Below, piece after piece: positions 1 to 12,475 of a stretch of DNA of 64,000 bases. The translations under genes and the position numbers were made by a program. The DNA comes from Octopus sinensis. Taxonomy: Eukaryota. Location: positions 50,282,001-50,346,000 of the forward strand of contig NC_043004.1 of NCBI RefSeq assembly GCF_006345805.1. The letters are read 5' to 3'. The notes beneath the pieces were generated by a model. The model was not told where the DNA came from, did not search any database, and was given only the letters and a program-made list of their open reading frames with translations. Each line of letters begins with the position of its first letter. Position 1 is the first letter of the stretch.

Positions 1-44
1 TCAATACACAGATACAAATGAGACACTCACAAAAACATCACAAG

Positions 45-112
45 GCCTCCTCGGAGATATAAATATACATATGAGTGCACTCATATGTATATGTATATCT
101 CCGAGGAGGCCC
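45..112. repeat. Near-perfect ~68-bp palindrome
   Basis: ggcctcctcggagatata...atgagtg|cactcat...tatatctccgaggaggcc, centred on gagtgcactc. Confidence 0.9.
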
Positions 113-147
113 TACGATACCCTTGCAAATGTCTCATATACATCTAT

Positions 148-222
148 AGGGTACTTCACTAGCAGTATATTGGATATATGTTATCCCATGGAGGGTTGTA
201 TTTACAACCCCTATCTCAATTT
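148..222. repeat. Dispersed ~75-bp repeat family; other copies at ~12576-12650 and inverted at ~32063-32125
   Basis: gggtacttcactagcagtatattggatatat..ttatcccatggagggttg...caaccccta tctcaatttgta recurs, always next to (TA)n. Confidence 0.8.
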
Positions 223-375
223 GTATATATATACATATATAAAGATACATATATATACATATATATACATATATAATATATATACATATATATAATATAT
301 ATATATACATATATAAATATATATACATATATATACATATATTACATATATATATATGTATATATATATACATAC

Positions 376-438
<63 letters not shown>

Positions 439-439
<1 letters not shown>

Positions 440-493
440 TAGCAGAGACCAGCGTTCCTCGGTTACATTCAATTGAAGAATTAGACTTTTCTG

Positions 494-525
<32 letters not shown>

Positions 526-3240
526 ATACACACACACACAAACACACACACACACACACACACATATATTTGTATATTAATATAAATACATGAAAGTACA
601 TGAAGTTTGTTAAAAAAAGGGGATCATATATATACCTCCTGGCTGTTGAGATTATAACACCTCGTTGTAAATAATATTCCTTGTTTTTCCTTGTGGAGTA
701 TATACAAAAAGGTTTCTTTTGGTTCCTACTCTTGAGCAGCCAACATACAGTTGCCTATGCGAGAAGCAGGCCTGTTCCAACAGAAGACCAGCTACAGAGA
801 GGGTTTGACCCTGAGATTTGTTAATGGACATGGCAAAGCTGACACGAAGCGGGAATTGCAGTCTTTTGAATGTAAATGGAATTTCTGTTCCTGATGGAGT
901 AAGAGGAATTCTTGGAATAAAGACCTCATCACCTTTTCCACGTCGAGAAAGAATGATCGCCTCGATAACATGTGACATCATTTTCTTTATCACCAGTCGT
1001 GTTCCATTGCAAACTCTTGGTGGTTCCAGATTGCGGAGTAGCATTACAGGAGTTCCAACTTTAAGTGCTAATATGTGTGGAGGTAGTCCAGGAGGCTCCA
1101 GTGAATTGAGAAATTCAGGAGGATAGTTCACAACTTCATTTATATCTGGAATTGTATCAACAGACTTGTAAGTGTGTATAGTGCCGGGAAGAGAATGCAT
1201 TAGCTGTTGATTAATTTTGTTAACAGCGACGTTTTTTGGAGCTAATATTGCTCTTTCACACTGCCAATTGTGATTTTGGTAGTTTTGCGTGAAGTTGGGA
1301 AAGACTTTGATTTTGAGGTCATCTACAGAATTAACAACAGAGGAAAATGACCACACTTCCATTTGTCCTGCAGCATCGAGAGGCATCTTGCCTTCACTTG
1401 CCTTCAAAATGTCCTGTGCAAACTTTGTGGACATTTTGTCGCCGTGTAGCTGAGCCCTCATGTTAGTGGTGAGACTGAGGATTGTAACATGATTCAACAG
1501 GGTAGAGGACTTTAGGCATGCTTGGACTTCATCTGCTCTAGTGCCTTTCGGAATGACAAGAGTTTGCCTGAAATCACCTGACAACAAAAGCGTTACACCT
1601 CCCATTGGAGCCTGACAGTCTCAGATGTCTTTCAGGGCTCTATCTAATGCTTCCAAAGCTTCCTTGTGAGCCATAGTGCACTCATCCCAGACAATTAGAT
1701 GACACATTTTAAGTACTTGTCCCTGATCTGAGCTTTTGTTGATGTTGCATGAAGGCATTTCGGATGCTGCTAAATTGAGAGGGAGTTTAAAAGTTGAGTG
1801 TGCTGTCCTGCCACTGGGTAACAAAGTAGCTGCAATGCCAGAGGAGGCTACAGCTACTGCAATGTCCTGATGCTACCTAACTTCTGCAAGGAGAAGCTTT
1901 GTAATAAATGTTTTTCTTGTCCCTCCAGGAGCATCGAGGAAGAAGATTTGTCCCTCGCGTTGGTGTACACTGTTAAGAATTGTTCTGTAGGCCTGCAGTT
2001 GGTCCGGAAGTAATTTAGGCTCATTTTCAACAATGTACTTTGAAAGCGATTGAGTGTCGTAGGTTGTTTCACGAATGACAGCAGTGGGAAGGCTATTTGA
2101 CCCTGATCTGAATGCTTGTGGCGGGCCATACGTCGACAATTCATTTCCACCCAGTTTAGCAATTCTGTCTTCAATGTCAATGAGTGTTTTGTTATAGATT
2201 TCATTGCTGATTCCCTCCATGTCAGGATAGAGCAGTTGAGCTTGGCGCTGAAAGTCTTCAGCCAGGTTGTCTCTATATTTGAGCCATAGAGTGGCCGGAT
2301 CACACAGTTCGCATGCCTGTAGTAATACTGCAAATAGTGCCCTGAGACTTTTAGGTGATTGTGATAAAGCATCCTCTCCTAAAGTTGCATCCCATTGTGC
2401 ACCATCTTCTAACAGACCTTGTCGATAGCAGGCTTCTCTGTATGTTGTGCAGACATGTCCATGAACGGTTTTTAGGGCCTGGAAAGACGTTGGCCCTCTG
2501 GCCTCATGCAGTAGTAGACGAATGTAGAAGCACTCTTGTTGATTGGGATGCACTGTGTATACTCGCCCAAGGCAAGTGTGAAACTTAATGCCAGGGTATC
2601 CATGAACATTTTGACCTGCTTTCCGTGGGGCCCATTTTTTTCCATTCCAAGTGTAGTACGATGGAATCTGTGGATGTAGATACAGCAAGGTTTGAGCGAA
2701 TGGATCCACTTGACAAAGCTTGAAGAATGCATTGAGTGTGCTATCCCTTGGTTCCTCTGCCAACAGAGAAGCATTAGCATCGGTGACCATTTTCCAGGTG
2801 CACTGCAAGCTGTTGAATGGCGGGGTGTCGTTGGTGAATTGGAAAGCGTCACCTCATCCTGGCAGTATTCTGGTTGAAGTCCAAACAATGCAGCGTCAGA
2901 ACCCTTGTTTACATATTTGCAAACGTACTTGATGGATTTAACGGAGTTGCAAAACTCAATGTTTATGTGGGCATTGAAAGTCTTTGACAGGAGTGGGTAG
3001 TATGGAACAATCGATCTATTATCAATATCGTGCTGTCCGATAGTTGCTGTGAAACCTCCGTCTTCTGTTTTTTTGCGTCTGTATGATGGATACCCATCAG
3101 CACCTGTCTGAGTTTCTTGTAGGAACCTTCTTAGAAATCTTTTTGAACATATGCTGTCCTTCAAGCATGGTGTGTTTATGTTGAATCCACGCCCACATGG
3201 ACCATGTACCATGTTTGCTTTAACTATTTCGTCTGTGTGT
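439..3240 (-). mobile_element. Autonomous-type Helitron remnant, 5' truncated
   Basis: RepHel coding fragments on the minus strand; 3' terminus ...ccgaggaacgctggtctctgCTAG|t at 439 resembles the other Helitron ends in the window. Confidence 0.85.
652..3212 (-). pseudogene. Helitron RepHel C-terminal half with Pif1 helicase, frameshifted
   Basis: ORFs 2472-3212 (MVHGPCG, YVCKYVNKGSD), 1873-2808 (FLDAPGGTRKTF, Walker A), 1621-1824 (IVWDECTM) and 652-1605 (LLSGDFRQ, AMSINKSQGQT, QLYVGCSRV). Confidence 0.92.
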
Positions 3241-3286
3241 GAGAAGCGGTTATGTTCAGATCACAACTAAGTATATATATATGGGC

Positions 3287-3342
<56 letters not shown>

Positions 3343-3419
3343 CAAACATAAACGTACATACACTTATTGCATACATGTTTTTGCACGCCTTTGCCCCTGC
3401 CACTGTCCCACCACCACCT

Positions 3420-3750
3420 CCTACCCGAGTTATACTATCAATTGAAGCAAATTTGGCACCCGGACGTAAGTTTTGTAACAGGAATGGAGAAGCCTACATT
3501 CCCCTACAGTGATGTGAGAGTCATATCTCTCCTTTCGAAAACATGAACAGTTTCGAAACATTGTTTACAAAATAATAGCTGATCGTTTGCAAAGGAGTGT
3601 ATCTACAGTCAACACGTAAGTCTTTTGCTCTGGTAACCTCTGCTCTCTCCCATGTTCACGCACGACCAGCTATATATCGCTCTGAGTAGAGCAATGGATT
3701 CAGCTAATTTGGAAATTAGTTGTGGAGAAACGGAGAATATCGTTTATATT
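3420..3750 (+). pseudogene. Degenerate Pif1 C-terminal fragment from a Helitron derivative
   Basis: Translates to ...FTHDQLYIALSRAMDSANLEISCGETENIVY, matching Pif1 motif VI and the Helitron C-terminus. Confidence 0.7.
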
Positions 3751-5194
3751 GTGTGTATATATATATATATATATACATTTACGGGCAACACACACACACA
3801 CACATTGCATACATGTGTTTTGTACGCATACATACTCGTGTGTGTGTGTGTGTGTATGTGTGTGACTGAAGCCATACATACATACATATAAAACAACACC
3901 TGTCTGTCTGTCTTTGCCTGTCAATCACTCAGTAAAAAGACGAAATTTAAAAAATCTGCTATCTTTCTTTCTCTCTCCCTTTCTTCCCTCTCTTTACACC
4001 GTCGCTAGAAGGGGACTTAAGTCATGTTTGGTTTGTAAACAATGGTGGATTTCTCCGCTATGAAAATTGTTAGAAGTTATGGCTCAAAATTATTTACCGC
4101 TATTCGCAGGTGCCTCGGGGGGAAAGTAATTTGAAGAAAATACAGCTAGGATCGTGACGAATGTCCTCCTAAAATTTGAGCAACATAGTGCTAATTTGTG
4201 GATGTGCATAAACTACATTCACATACACCCCCACACGCACACACACACGCACACGCACACACGCACGCACACACACACACACACACACATCCTGCCTTAT
4301 ATATATACAGATACATATATATATAAATATATATAAATATATATATATTCTTTTATTTTTTTACTTGTTGTTTGGTCATTTGACTGAAACCATGCTGGAG
4401 CACTCCCTTAAAGGATGTTAGTTAAAGAAATCGATGTACGTATGTACGTATGGATGCATCTGATAATCGTATTCATTATCCTCTTTTCAATATGCTTAAA
4501 CTTTATTCATTTTTATTAACAATAACCATTACAACCATGTCTCCCTCGATTTACCTTACTTCTATCCGCACAGTTACTCATGGACATAATCTTCCTGTAT
4601 AAACCGTGGGGTGTTTATAAAGACTGAATCCACTGTTAAGAATTTCATGGTAAAATTATATGAGAGATCAATCAATTTGATACAGAAAAAAAATCAGTAA
4701 CCGGTCCGCTATATTTAACAGTGGTTAAACTGATTTTTTTTTACATTACATTGTAGCAAGTTGGCAAAGGAGGGGGAGAGTTTAGTTGATTTAATGAATG
4801 TCTTTAGCCATGTCTGTCTCTACCTGACAGAGACTGACTGACGACATTGACATCCGTGTGATTGCAAAGTGACAAGTGACCCAATTCTGAATTAGTTCAA
4901 AAGGACAGACGTCCAAAACACTGCGTGAGACATGCAAAGCTTTTGTTTCTATCATGAAGATTTTTTTCAGTGATTTGTTTGGAAGAATAGCTTCTGATTC
5001 TAGTCATTTTTTTCTCAACAGCTAAGGTCGACAAAATAGTCAATACTGAACCCTGGGGCATTTAAGGGGCTTAATTATTAGCAAACTGTAAGGCTAAAAC
5101 TTATTAATTTCCAGCCAATTATATTCGCCAAACACATATTTCACATTAAATATTCGACTATATAAATATAATATGACTGAATTTTATTAGTTTC

Positions 5195-5471
5195 TGTGGT
5201 GTGTGCGAGAGATTCGAAATAAAGGCACCTACCTTCTCTTCGCTCTGATGGAGACCCTTCAATGGTAATGGATCCTTCAACACAGCCCGACCCGAACGCT
5301 AGAGATAGTAGCTGCTTCACCCAACCTTAACAACGTGATCACCTGTCTTAACCCCTCGACGACCTAACTCGAAAAGGCAGAATGCCCCGCTCGCTGCGCG
5401 CGCGTCACGGCTGCCCCTTCCGGTCAGCCCCAAGTTGCGGTCAGCTCCCCAGCTGCTGACGTCATCCCACA
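5195..5471 (-). repeat. 3' LTR, 277 bp
   Basis: TGTGG...CCACA termini; first ~50 bp match 7693-7742; purine-rich PPT-like agggtggcg immediately upstream on the minus strand. Confidence 0.85.
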
Positions 5472-5502
5472 CGCCACCCTGATCTTAAAGATCACAATCT
5501 CT

Positions 5503-7680
5503 CTACTCCATGTCGTAGTCCACCATCCAACCGGGAGGGCGCCTTGCGCGTCGAGATCTTCTGAAGCTGGGCACCTCGTTCTCCTCCTCTCCACAATCGT
5601 CGTCCGTCGAAGCGACAATCCTGCGGAGGTCCAAGACGTGTCGCGGCATTCCGTCCACGGAGACGTTGTTTCTGGAATTGACCGCCGTCACCGTTCCTCT
5701 GCTCCATTGAGACCTACAGCGCGCCTTTGGTGGCTTAACCCAGACTTCCTCCCCTATTTTCACGCAAACGGGTCCCTTCTCTTCCTCGTGGCCCTCCGGC
5801 GCTTTGCTCGGGTGCCTCATTCATATTTAAATACAGCTCTCTGCGGCACAGATTCCTCAGCTTGTCCGGATCGGGGAGACAAGTTGTACCAAAAAACTGC
5901 TTCAAGCGGCGAAATGTGCCCTCTTTCCGCTATGGCCTTGACTGTCCGATGGTGCCTCTCTACGATCCGTTACCGCTCGGTCTATACGCTGCTCTGAACA
6001 AGCGACGCACCTTCCACCGATCAAGCATAACCCTCAATGCTTCCGAACGAAACACCGCCCCGTTGTCCATCAGCAGTTCTTCCACAGGACCTCAACTCCC
6101 TCCAAATGGCCAGCCGGCCTGGCTCGCAGTCGACCATGGAGAAGTACATTCCCTGACGGTAGTGCGTCACATCCACAGCTAGCCTTTTCCAGTTGTGCTC
6201 CACCGAAAGGCTTCCCTGTTCATGCCCACACGGAGCAGGGTCGATGGACTGACACCTGTCACAGCTCCCGACCACTTTCCGGATGCTTCTCCTAGTGACG
6301 TCAGCATCAATTTTCTACGCCAGATACAGGGTCCTGTCCACACCCAGGTGATGCATAGCATGCAGTCTCTTCAGTTCAGAGTCATCCAACCGACACGCTG
6401 CAGCTATCCCTTTCCGGGCTTCCTCCGGTTCTCCCAACCACGCTCTTTTCACCCTGATCAGTGCGTCCGCCCTGTTTTTCTCCGAAGGCACGTAAACCAC
6501 GTTCAGCTTCAGTCCGAACTCGGCGATCAATTCACCTAGAACTCCTAGACGGCGCTTCACTAACATCTCCGCGGCACCTTTCGTCCGCACTCTCCTTTCA
6601 CCGGTGATCACCTATCCTACCCAGCCAAGCACAGTGGCCGAATCCGTCCGGATTTCAATCGTGCGCAGCCCCCATTTCAGGGCCAAGTTCGCCCCTTTCA
6701 GCACCGCGTCTAATTCGGCGACATTGATGTGGTTGAAGTCATCTACTTTCCGAAGCCAGGCCGCGCCCTCCACCGCAGCGCCTTCGATTGCCAACACAAC
6801 CCCTATCGCTATACACCAGACGGTCCCGCATTCCGTCTTGGGCACGTACAAGTTCCCCCTGACCGGGTCTTCCGCTCTCGTCCTCTCTAGGATTTCCTGC
6901 ATCATCGCCACCTTGTCGCCCCAACTCTCCCCCTCCGCTCGTCTCTTGGTGTAACTGCACGCCATGCGCAGCCATCAAGCGATCGGGTAGTGACCGACCA
7001 ACTTCCCACACACCGAGAACAGCTCTCTCCTGCTGACGCTGGAACTCAGCTCTGGGATTTCATTCCTTCTCCGGAACACCAATTCACCTGATCTATCTCT
7101 TCGCAGCTTCAGCCCCAGCGCGGCTCCCCCTTCAATCGACTCCGGTGGCTTAGCAATCAGTCCGAACTTCTCCAGATGTCTAACTACCTCGTTGGCTTGC
7201 ACTACAGTTTCGTCCACCAAAATGTCGTCAATGTAGGAGCTGGTGGCCTTTCTAATCTTGCCGTCTTTCCCTAGGACGGACTTAAGCACTGCCGCCATGA
7301 TCTTCGGGGCGGAATTCAGTCCGAAACCCAGCCTGGTTAAACAGTACGTCCGGCCTTTGTACCGCACCAGCTGATATTGTCACAGTTTGTCGCTCACATG
7401 GAGCTGCAAGTATGCCGATTTCAAGTCGACAATCGTCGCTGCCTTGGTCGACTGTCTCCACGCACGTAACGTCTCGCCACAAACGTCTGTCGCCTCACCT
7501 CCCGTGTGACACGATATATGCTGGTTTAGCTCCCTGAAGTCCAGCACCGGTCTGACTTTTGCCTTCGTAGGCTGCACCACCGCCATCAGGGGTAGCACTC
7601 CGACCGCTACCTCATCCTCCCAAGGGACAAGGACCCCTTCCTCGATCCACCTCTCCACCTCGTCTTCAAACTCAACCCTG
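5503..7680 (-). pseudogene. pol (RT, RNase H, integrase), frameshifted
   Basis: VRPVLDFRELN, VDLKSAYLQL, LGFGLNSAP, SYIDDILV; HINVAELDAV, TDSATV, YVPSEKNRADAL; HAMHH..CDRC, LAVDVTHY. Confidence 0.9.
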
Positions 7681-7975
7681 GCGTGGCCTTTCAGTCAGCC
7701 CCAAGTTCCGGTCAGCTCCCTAGCTGCTGACGTCATCCCACAGTTTCATCAAATTCGTTAGGTATTTTCATTTAAATATCTTTAAGTATTTCCAATAGAA
7801 AAACAGTAATGACACAAAAGAGTGAAGGAGTTATTGTTTTTAAATCAAGAAAATTTATGTTATTTATGCATTTTCATTTTATTTTAGTAATTTACACCAT
7901 GGCGGGGGCTGGGGGAGATCGATAAGTTATCAACGATTCTATGAAAGAAGTCAAGATAAGATTGCTAACCTTACA

Positions 7976-8396
7976 TAGGCGCAAGAGTGGCTGTGTGGTA
8001 AGTAGCTTGCTAACCAACCACATGGTTCCGGGTTCAGTCCCACTGCGTGGCACCTTGGACAAGTGTCTTCAACTATAGCATCAGGCCGACCAAAGTCTTG
8101 TGAGTGGATTTGGTAGACGGAAACTGAAAGAAGCCTGTCATATATATGTATATATGTATATATATATATATGTATGTGTGTGTGTTTGTGTGTCTGTGTT
8201 TGTCCCCCTAGCATTGCTTGACAACCGATGCTGGTGTGTTTATGTCCCCGTTACTTAGCGTTTCGGCAAAAGAGACCGATAGAATAAGTACTGGGCTTAC
8301 AAAAGAATAAGTCCCGAGGTCGAGTTGCTCGATTAAAGGCGGTGCTCCAGCATGGCCGCAGTCAAATGACTGAAACAAGTAAAAGAGTAAAAGAGA
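7976..8396 (+). mobile_element. tRNA-derived SINE, family A, full length
   Basis: Box A TGGCTGTGTGG, box B GGTTCAGTCCC, central (TA)/(TG) tract, tail ...gtcaaatgactgaaacaagtaaaagag; many near-identical copies in the window. Confidence 0.9.
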
Positions 8397-8811
8397 GTAG
8401 GAGAGTTACACTGCAGCAGTACGTTCCAGGATTAGGAAATGTCGCTGAACAGTGACGTGCTTAACACAGGAAAAAAAAACGTAAGCTTATGCATGGGTAG
8501 GCACACATACACTCACATTCTCTCTGTCTCTCTCCCTCTTTCTCACACATACAGTCTCTCTCCCTCTCTCACACACACTCACTCACGTATACAGACAGTA
8601 TCACATATACATTCACATGCATTTAACCTACATAAAGACGCTGAATATCACACAAACACTCACACATGCAGGCACACACAAACACTGGAATTCAGGTGAA
8701 ATATACTTACACAAGGACATACGACGCGTACACACTCACTCACACATATCAATACACGCACATAGAAGCATACATATATACTCTTCCGGGTTCAGTCCCA
8801 CTGCGTGGCAA

Positions 8812-9333
8812 TAGGCGCAGGAGTGGCTGTGTGGTAAGTAGTGTAGCACTATTGTTTCCTTCACTGTTTGAGAAACGTATTAAGAATGATCTCGTTTGAG
8901 TTTCTCAAACAGTGAAGATAGCAATGAAGAAAACAATATTGCTACAGTAGCTTGCTAACCAACCACATGGTTCCGGGTTCAGTCCCACTGCGTAGCATCT
9001 TGGGCAAGTGTCTTCTGCTATAGCCCTGGGCCGACCAATGACTTGTGAGTGGATTAGGTAGACGGAAACTGAAAGAAGCCTGTCGTATATATGTATATAT
9101 ATATATGTATGTGTGTTTCTGTGTCTGTGTTTGTCCCCCTAGCATTGCATGACAACCGATGCTGGTGTGTTTACGTCCCCGTAACTTAGCGGTTCGGCAA
9201 AAGAGACCGATAGAATAAGTACTAGGCTTACAAAGAATAAGTCCCGGGGTCGATTTGCTCGACTAAAGGCGGTGCTCCAGCATGGCCGCAGTCAAATGAC
9301 TAAAACAAGTAAAAGAGTAAAAGAGTAAAAGAG
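8812..9333 (+). mobile_element. SINE family A interrupted by a 105-bp insertion
   Basis: Same consensus; head split at ggtaagtag|...|gtagcttgc. Confidence 0.9.
8842..8946. mobile_element. 105-bp TG..CA element (miniature solo LTR or MITE)
   Basis: TGTAGCA...TGCTACA ends; 4-bp TSD GTAG at 8838-8841 and 8947-8950; internal 18-bp perfect inverted repeat at 8859-8876 and 8900-8917. Confidence 0.85.
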
Positions 9334-9651
9334 ATAAAACAATAAATCTTGTTTGTGACTTGAAGACAGACGTGGCCCAGATGTGGGCATACCGTTGACG
9401 AAGTCGCAAATGCCGACGGAAGGACTCTGGACTAACCAATTGGATCGATTGATTGACTAAACAACCTGTTAATTAATGGGTTAATTAGCTTAACTGGTTG
9501 ACTAATGTTAATAACTGAAGTGAAACATAACCGGTGTGTGTATCGTCAATTGCAAAGACGCACCCAATGTACAAAAAGAACAAAGTAAACCACCGAGGTT
9601 GATAACTGTGTGCATGTGTGAGTGTGTGGTTGTGTGTGTTGGTGTGTATGC

Positions 9652-9693
<42 letters not shown>

Positions 9694-10371
9694 TGGTGCG
9701 TGTGTGTGTTTCATTTTATCTATGTATCCGAGTGAAACGTAATAGTTCAGTTTCTGACTTCAAATAAATTAACCACTGTAATTTATTTATTTATTTATTT
9801 ATATATTTATTTATTTTTTAGTTATTTAGTCATGCTTAAAAGGACAAACCTTGTCCAGAGTTGTCTCCTCTTATTAACTGCGAACATCACGATATGTCAT
9901 TAAGTGTCAATGACATTGGCTTTCCTCACCGCATATGTATTTCTCATTAGGTTTTAGTCTTGTCTCTACATCAGGTATCATATTACTAATCTATCTTTAG
10001 CACATTTACTGTGGAGCCATGGGATGGTTACTATTTCAATTCCCACTCTTAATAGAGACTATATTAGTTAAAATTTTAAAAAACACACACACACTATTTA
10101 AAATAATAAAACGCGTTCCCCATGCATCATGGAATATCTGGTTAAAATTAGCTCAAGATAATGAATTCCAAATTTAAATAACATAATACTCGTAAACACT
10201 TACCTGCCCCTTCCTCTCTCTAACATTTACTTTTTTCTCTACACACACGTGCATTCGCTCATACATACGTACACACGTCTGCATATACGTGTATCTTAAT
10301 GAACAGAAGAAATAGAACTCAAGACATGACGTTGAACAAATACGCACGCACGCACATACACAAACATCACA

Positions 10372-11632
10372 CATATGCTGTCCGATTTTATCTTTTTTAA
10401 AACTGAATGAAATTTAATAGTATTTTAGAATGTCTAATGGAATTAAAAATTATTTTTATGCATTTCTGTACACTTAAACTAATTAAATATCATTTTACAG
10501 ACTAATAGAATTAAAATTTCTTTAATTAAAACCATTTCTAACATAGAAGTATACGAAGAGCATTTGAGGCACATAATACTTTATGAGTACAAAAAAGGAA
10601 ACTCTACAGCCGAAGCGACTCGAAACATACACTCAGTTTATGGGAAAGAATGCTTGAATGAAAGAACTTGCAGAAGATGGTTTGCAAAATTCAGAAGTGG
10701 AGATTTCAGCCTTGAAGATGAAGATCGAACAGGACGTCCAGTCGAGTTTGATGATAAGCTCCTTGAGGCATTACTTGAAGAAAATCCTGCATTATCGGTT
10801 GAAGAATTGGCAATAAAGCTTAGTTCAAACCATACAACTGTTCATCATCTTCAACAACTTGGAAAGGTTCCTAAACTTGGAAAATGGGTGCCTCATGAAT
10901 TGTCCAAAAGCAACAGCAAATCCCGAGTTGACATCTGCTCTTCTCTCCATTCTCGCGAACTCATTTCACTCTTTTTGGATAGACTAGTAACTAGTGACGA
11001 AAAATTAATCTTCTATCGAAATGTCAAATGTCATAAACAGTGGCTTGGTAAAAGGGAAAAGGCTCAACCACAACAGAGAAGGGAACTTCATGGGAAAAAA
11101 GTTCTTTTCTCTATCTGGTGGGATTGCAAAGGAGTAATTCACTTTGAATTGTTACCACCTAATGCAACAATCAATGCTCAAGTCTGCTGTCAGCAATTAC
11201 AGCGTTTGAACCAAGCTTTGAAGAAAAAATGACCTGCTTTAGGGAATTGAAAAGGAGTGATGTTTCATCAGGACAATGCGCGATCCCACAAAGATCACAT
11301 CACAAGATCGAAGAGCTTGGTTGGGAAAATTTCCTCATCCACCTTATTCTCCCAACCTTGCTCCTTCAGACTACCATTTGTTCTGTAGCTTACAGAATCA
11401 CTTGGGGGACATAACTTTCGCAAGCCAGGAGGAGGTCGAAACTAACATTTCAGAGTTCTTCACTTTGAAACCAAAAGAATTTTACATTGATAGGATTAAA
11501 AAGCTTGTAAATAGATGGAAGGAAGTCATAGATAATCGGGGAAAGTACATTGATGATTAAATTTCAATTAAATATAACATTTGATTACTTGTTTTCTTTA
11601 TTCAAAATTCAAAATTATGGGATGATCTGATA
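10372..11632 (+). mobile_element. Mariner (D,D34D-type) element with frameshifted transposase; 5' TIR eroded
   Basis: ORFs 10564-11232 and 11276-11560 carry WVPHEL, VTSDEK, HQDNARSH, YSPNLAPSDY; 3' end ttatgggatgatctga|TA. Confidence 0.92.
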
Positions 11633-11635
11633 TAT

Positions 11636-11804
11636 TATTTAAAACAGTTAGGTTGGGTTCCGTGCTAACTCAAGTTTCACGGGCCCCTAACGTGAACGTG
11701 ACTCCATTAGGCTTCAGCATTCAAGAAGCGTGAATGTATTGGGCTCTTGTTTAGAGCCTGCCGAACTTGAAGTAGCACGGTACCCAATCAAACTGTTTTA
11801 AATA
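11636..11804. mobile_element. ~170-bp MITE-like fold-back
   Basis: Imperfect ~40-bp terminal inverted repeats: tatttaaaacagttaggttgggttccgtgcta.. and ..tagcacggtacccaatcaaactgttttaaata. Confidence 0.6.
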
Positions 11805-11879
11805 TACATGTAACTCCCACTAAATGTGCTGAATGCCCTTTTCTTTGATTTGCCCACTCACACATGTATATATATATAG

Positions 11880-11941
<62 letters not shown>

Positions 11942-12103
11942 TAATCTAAACAAGAAAACAAAAAGACAACAACGCAGGATGTGGAACAACTAAAGTATTA
12001 TTGGACGCTCATAGTTAATCCAAACAAGAAAACACACAAAAAAAAACACAACACGCGAGACGTGAACAATAAGTATTATTGCAGGAAAGAAGGGAGAAGG
12101 AGG

Positions 12104-12138
12104 GTTTAACGTTTCGAGCGGAGCTCTTCGTCGGAAAC
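12104..12138 (-). ncRNA. Minimal type I hammerhead ribozyme-like motif (PLE-type), U4C variant with extra A
   Basis: GUUU-CCGACGA-A-GAGC(UCC)GCUC-GAAA-CG-UU-AAAC: 4-bp stem I, 4-bp stem II, loopless palindromic stem III. Confidence 0.65.
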
Positions 12139-12206
12139 ATAGGAGAAGGAAAGATCCCGAAGGGAAGACAGAGGAAAAAAATCGCCAGCGGTACTCACGA
12201 GGTCAC

Positions 12207-12259
<53 letters not shown>

Positions 12260-12324
12260 CTATACATACATACATACATATATATACGTATACATACATA
12301 CATATATATATATAAAATATATAA

Positions 12325-12475
12325 AAGATAAGAAAATGGAGAAATATATCTAAATCAAATATCAATTACCAGATAATACTCAATCACATACTTTATTAAA
12401 CCACCACATAAGAGACTGTAGAGTTATCTGGTAATTGATATTTGATTTAGATATATTTCTCCATTTCCTTATCTT
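12325..12475. repeat. 52-bp inverted repeat with ~47-bp spacer
   Basis: aagataagaaaatggagaaatatatctaaatcaaatatcaattaccagataa and its reverse complement; a related single arm lies at ~32195-32245. Confidence 0.85.

Larger units (their letters stand above)
5195..7742 (-). mobile_element. LTR retrotransposon with RT-RNaseH-INT order, internally deleted
   Basis: TG...CA ends; 5-bp TSD GTTTC at 5190-5194 and 7743-7747; complete 3' LTR 5195-5471; only ~50 bp of the 5' LTR (7693-7742), fused directly to RT sequence. Confidence 0.92.

Noticed and set aside
818-1126. Plus-strand ORFs over the Helitron, and likewise 50764-51312 over the hAT and several over the LTR pol
   Set aside because: Antisense shadows of transposon coding sequence.
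7976-8050. tRNA gene calls at SINE heads
   Set aside because: Box A/B are present but there is no complete cloverleaf, and the heads continue into shared SINE bodies.
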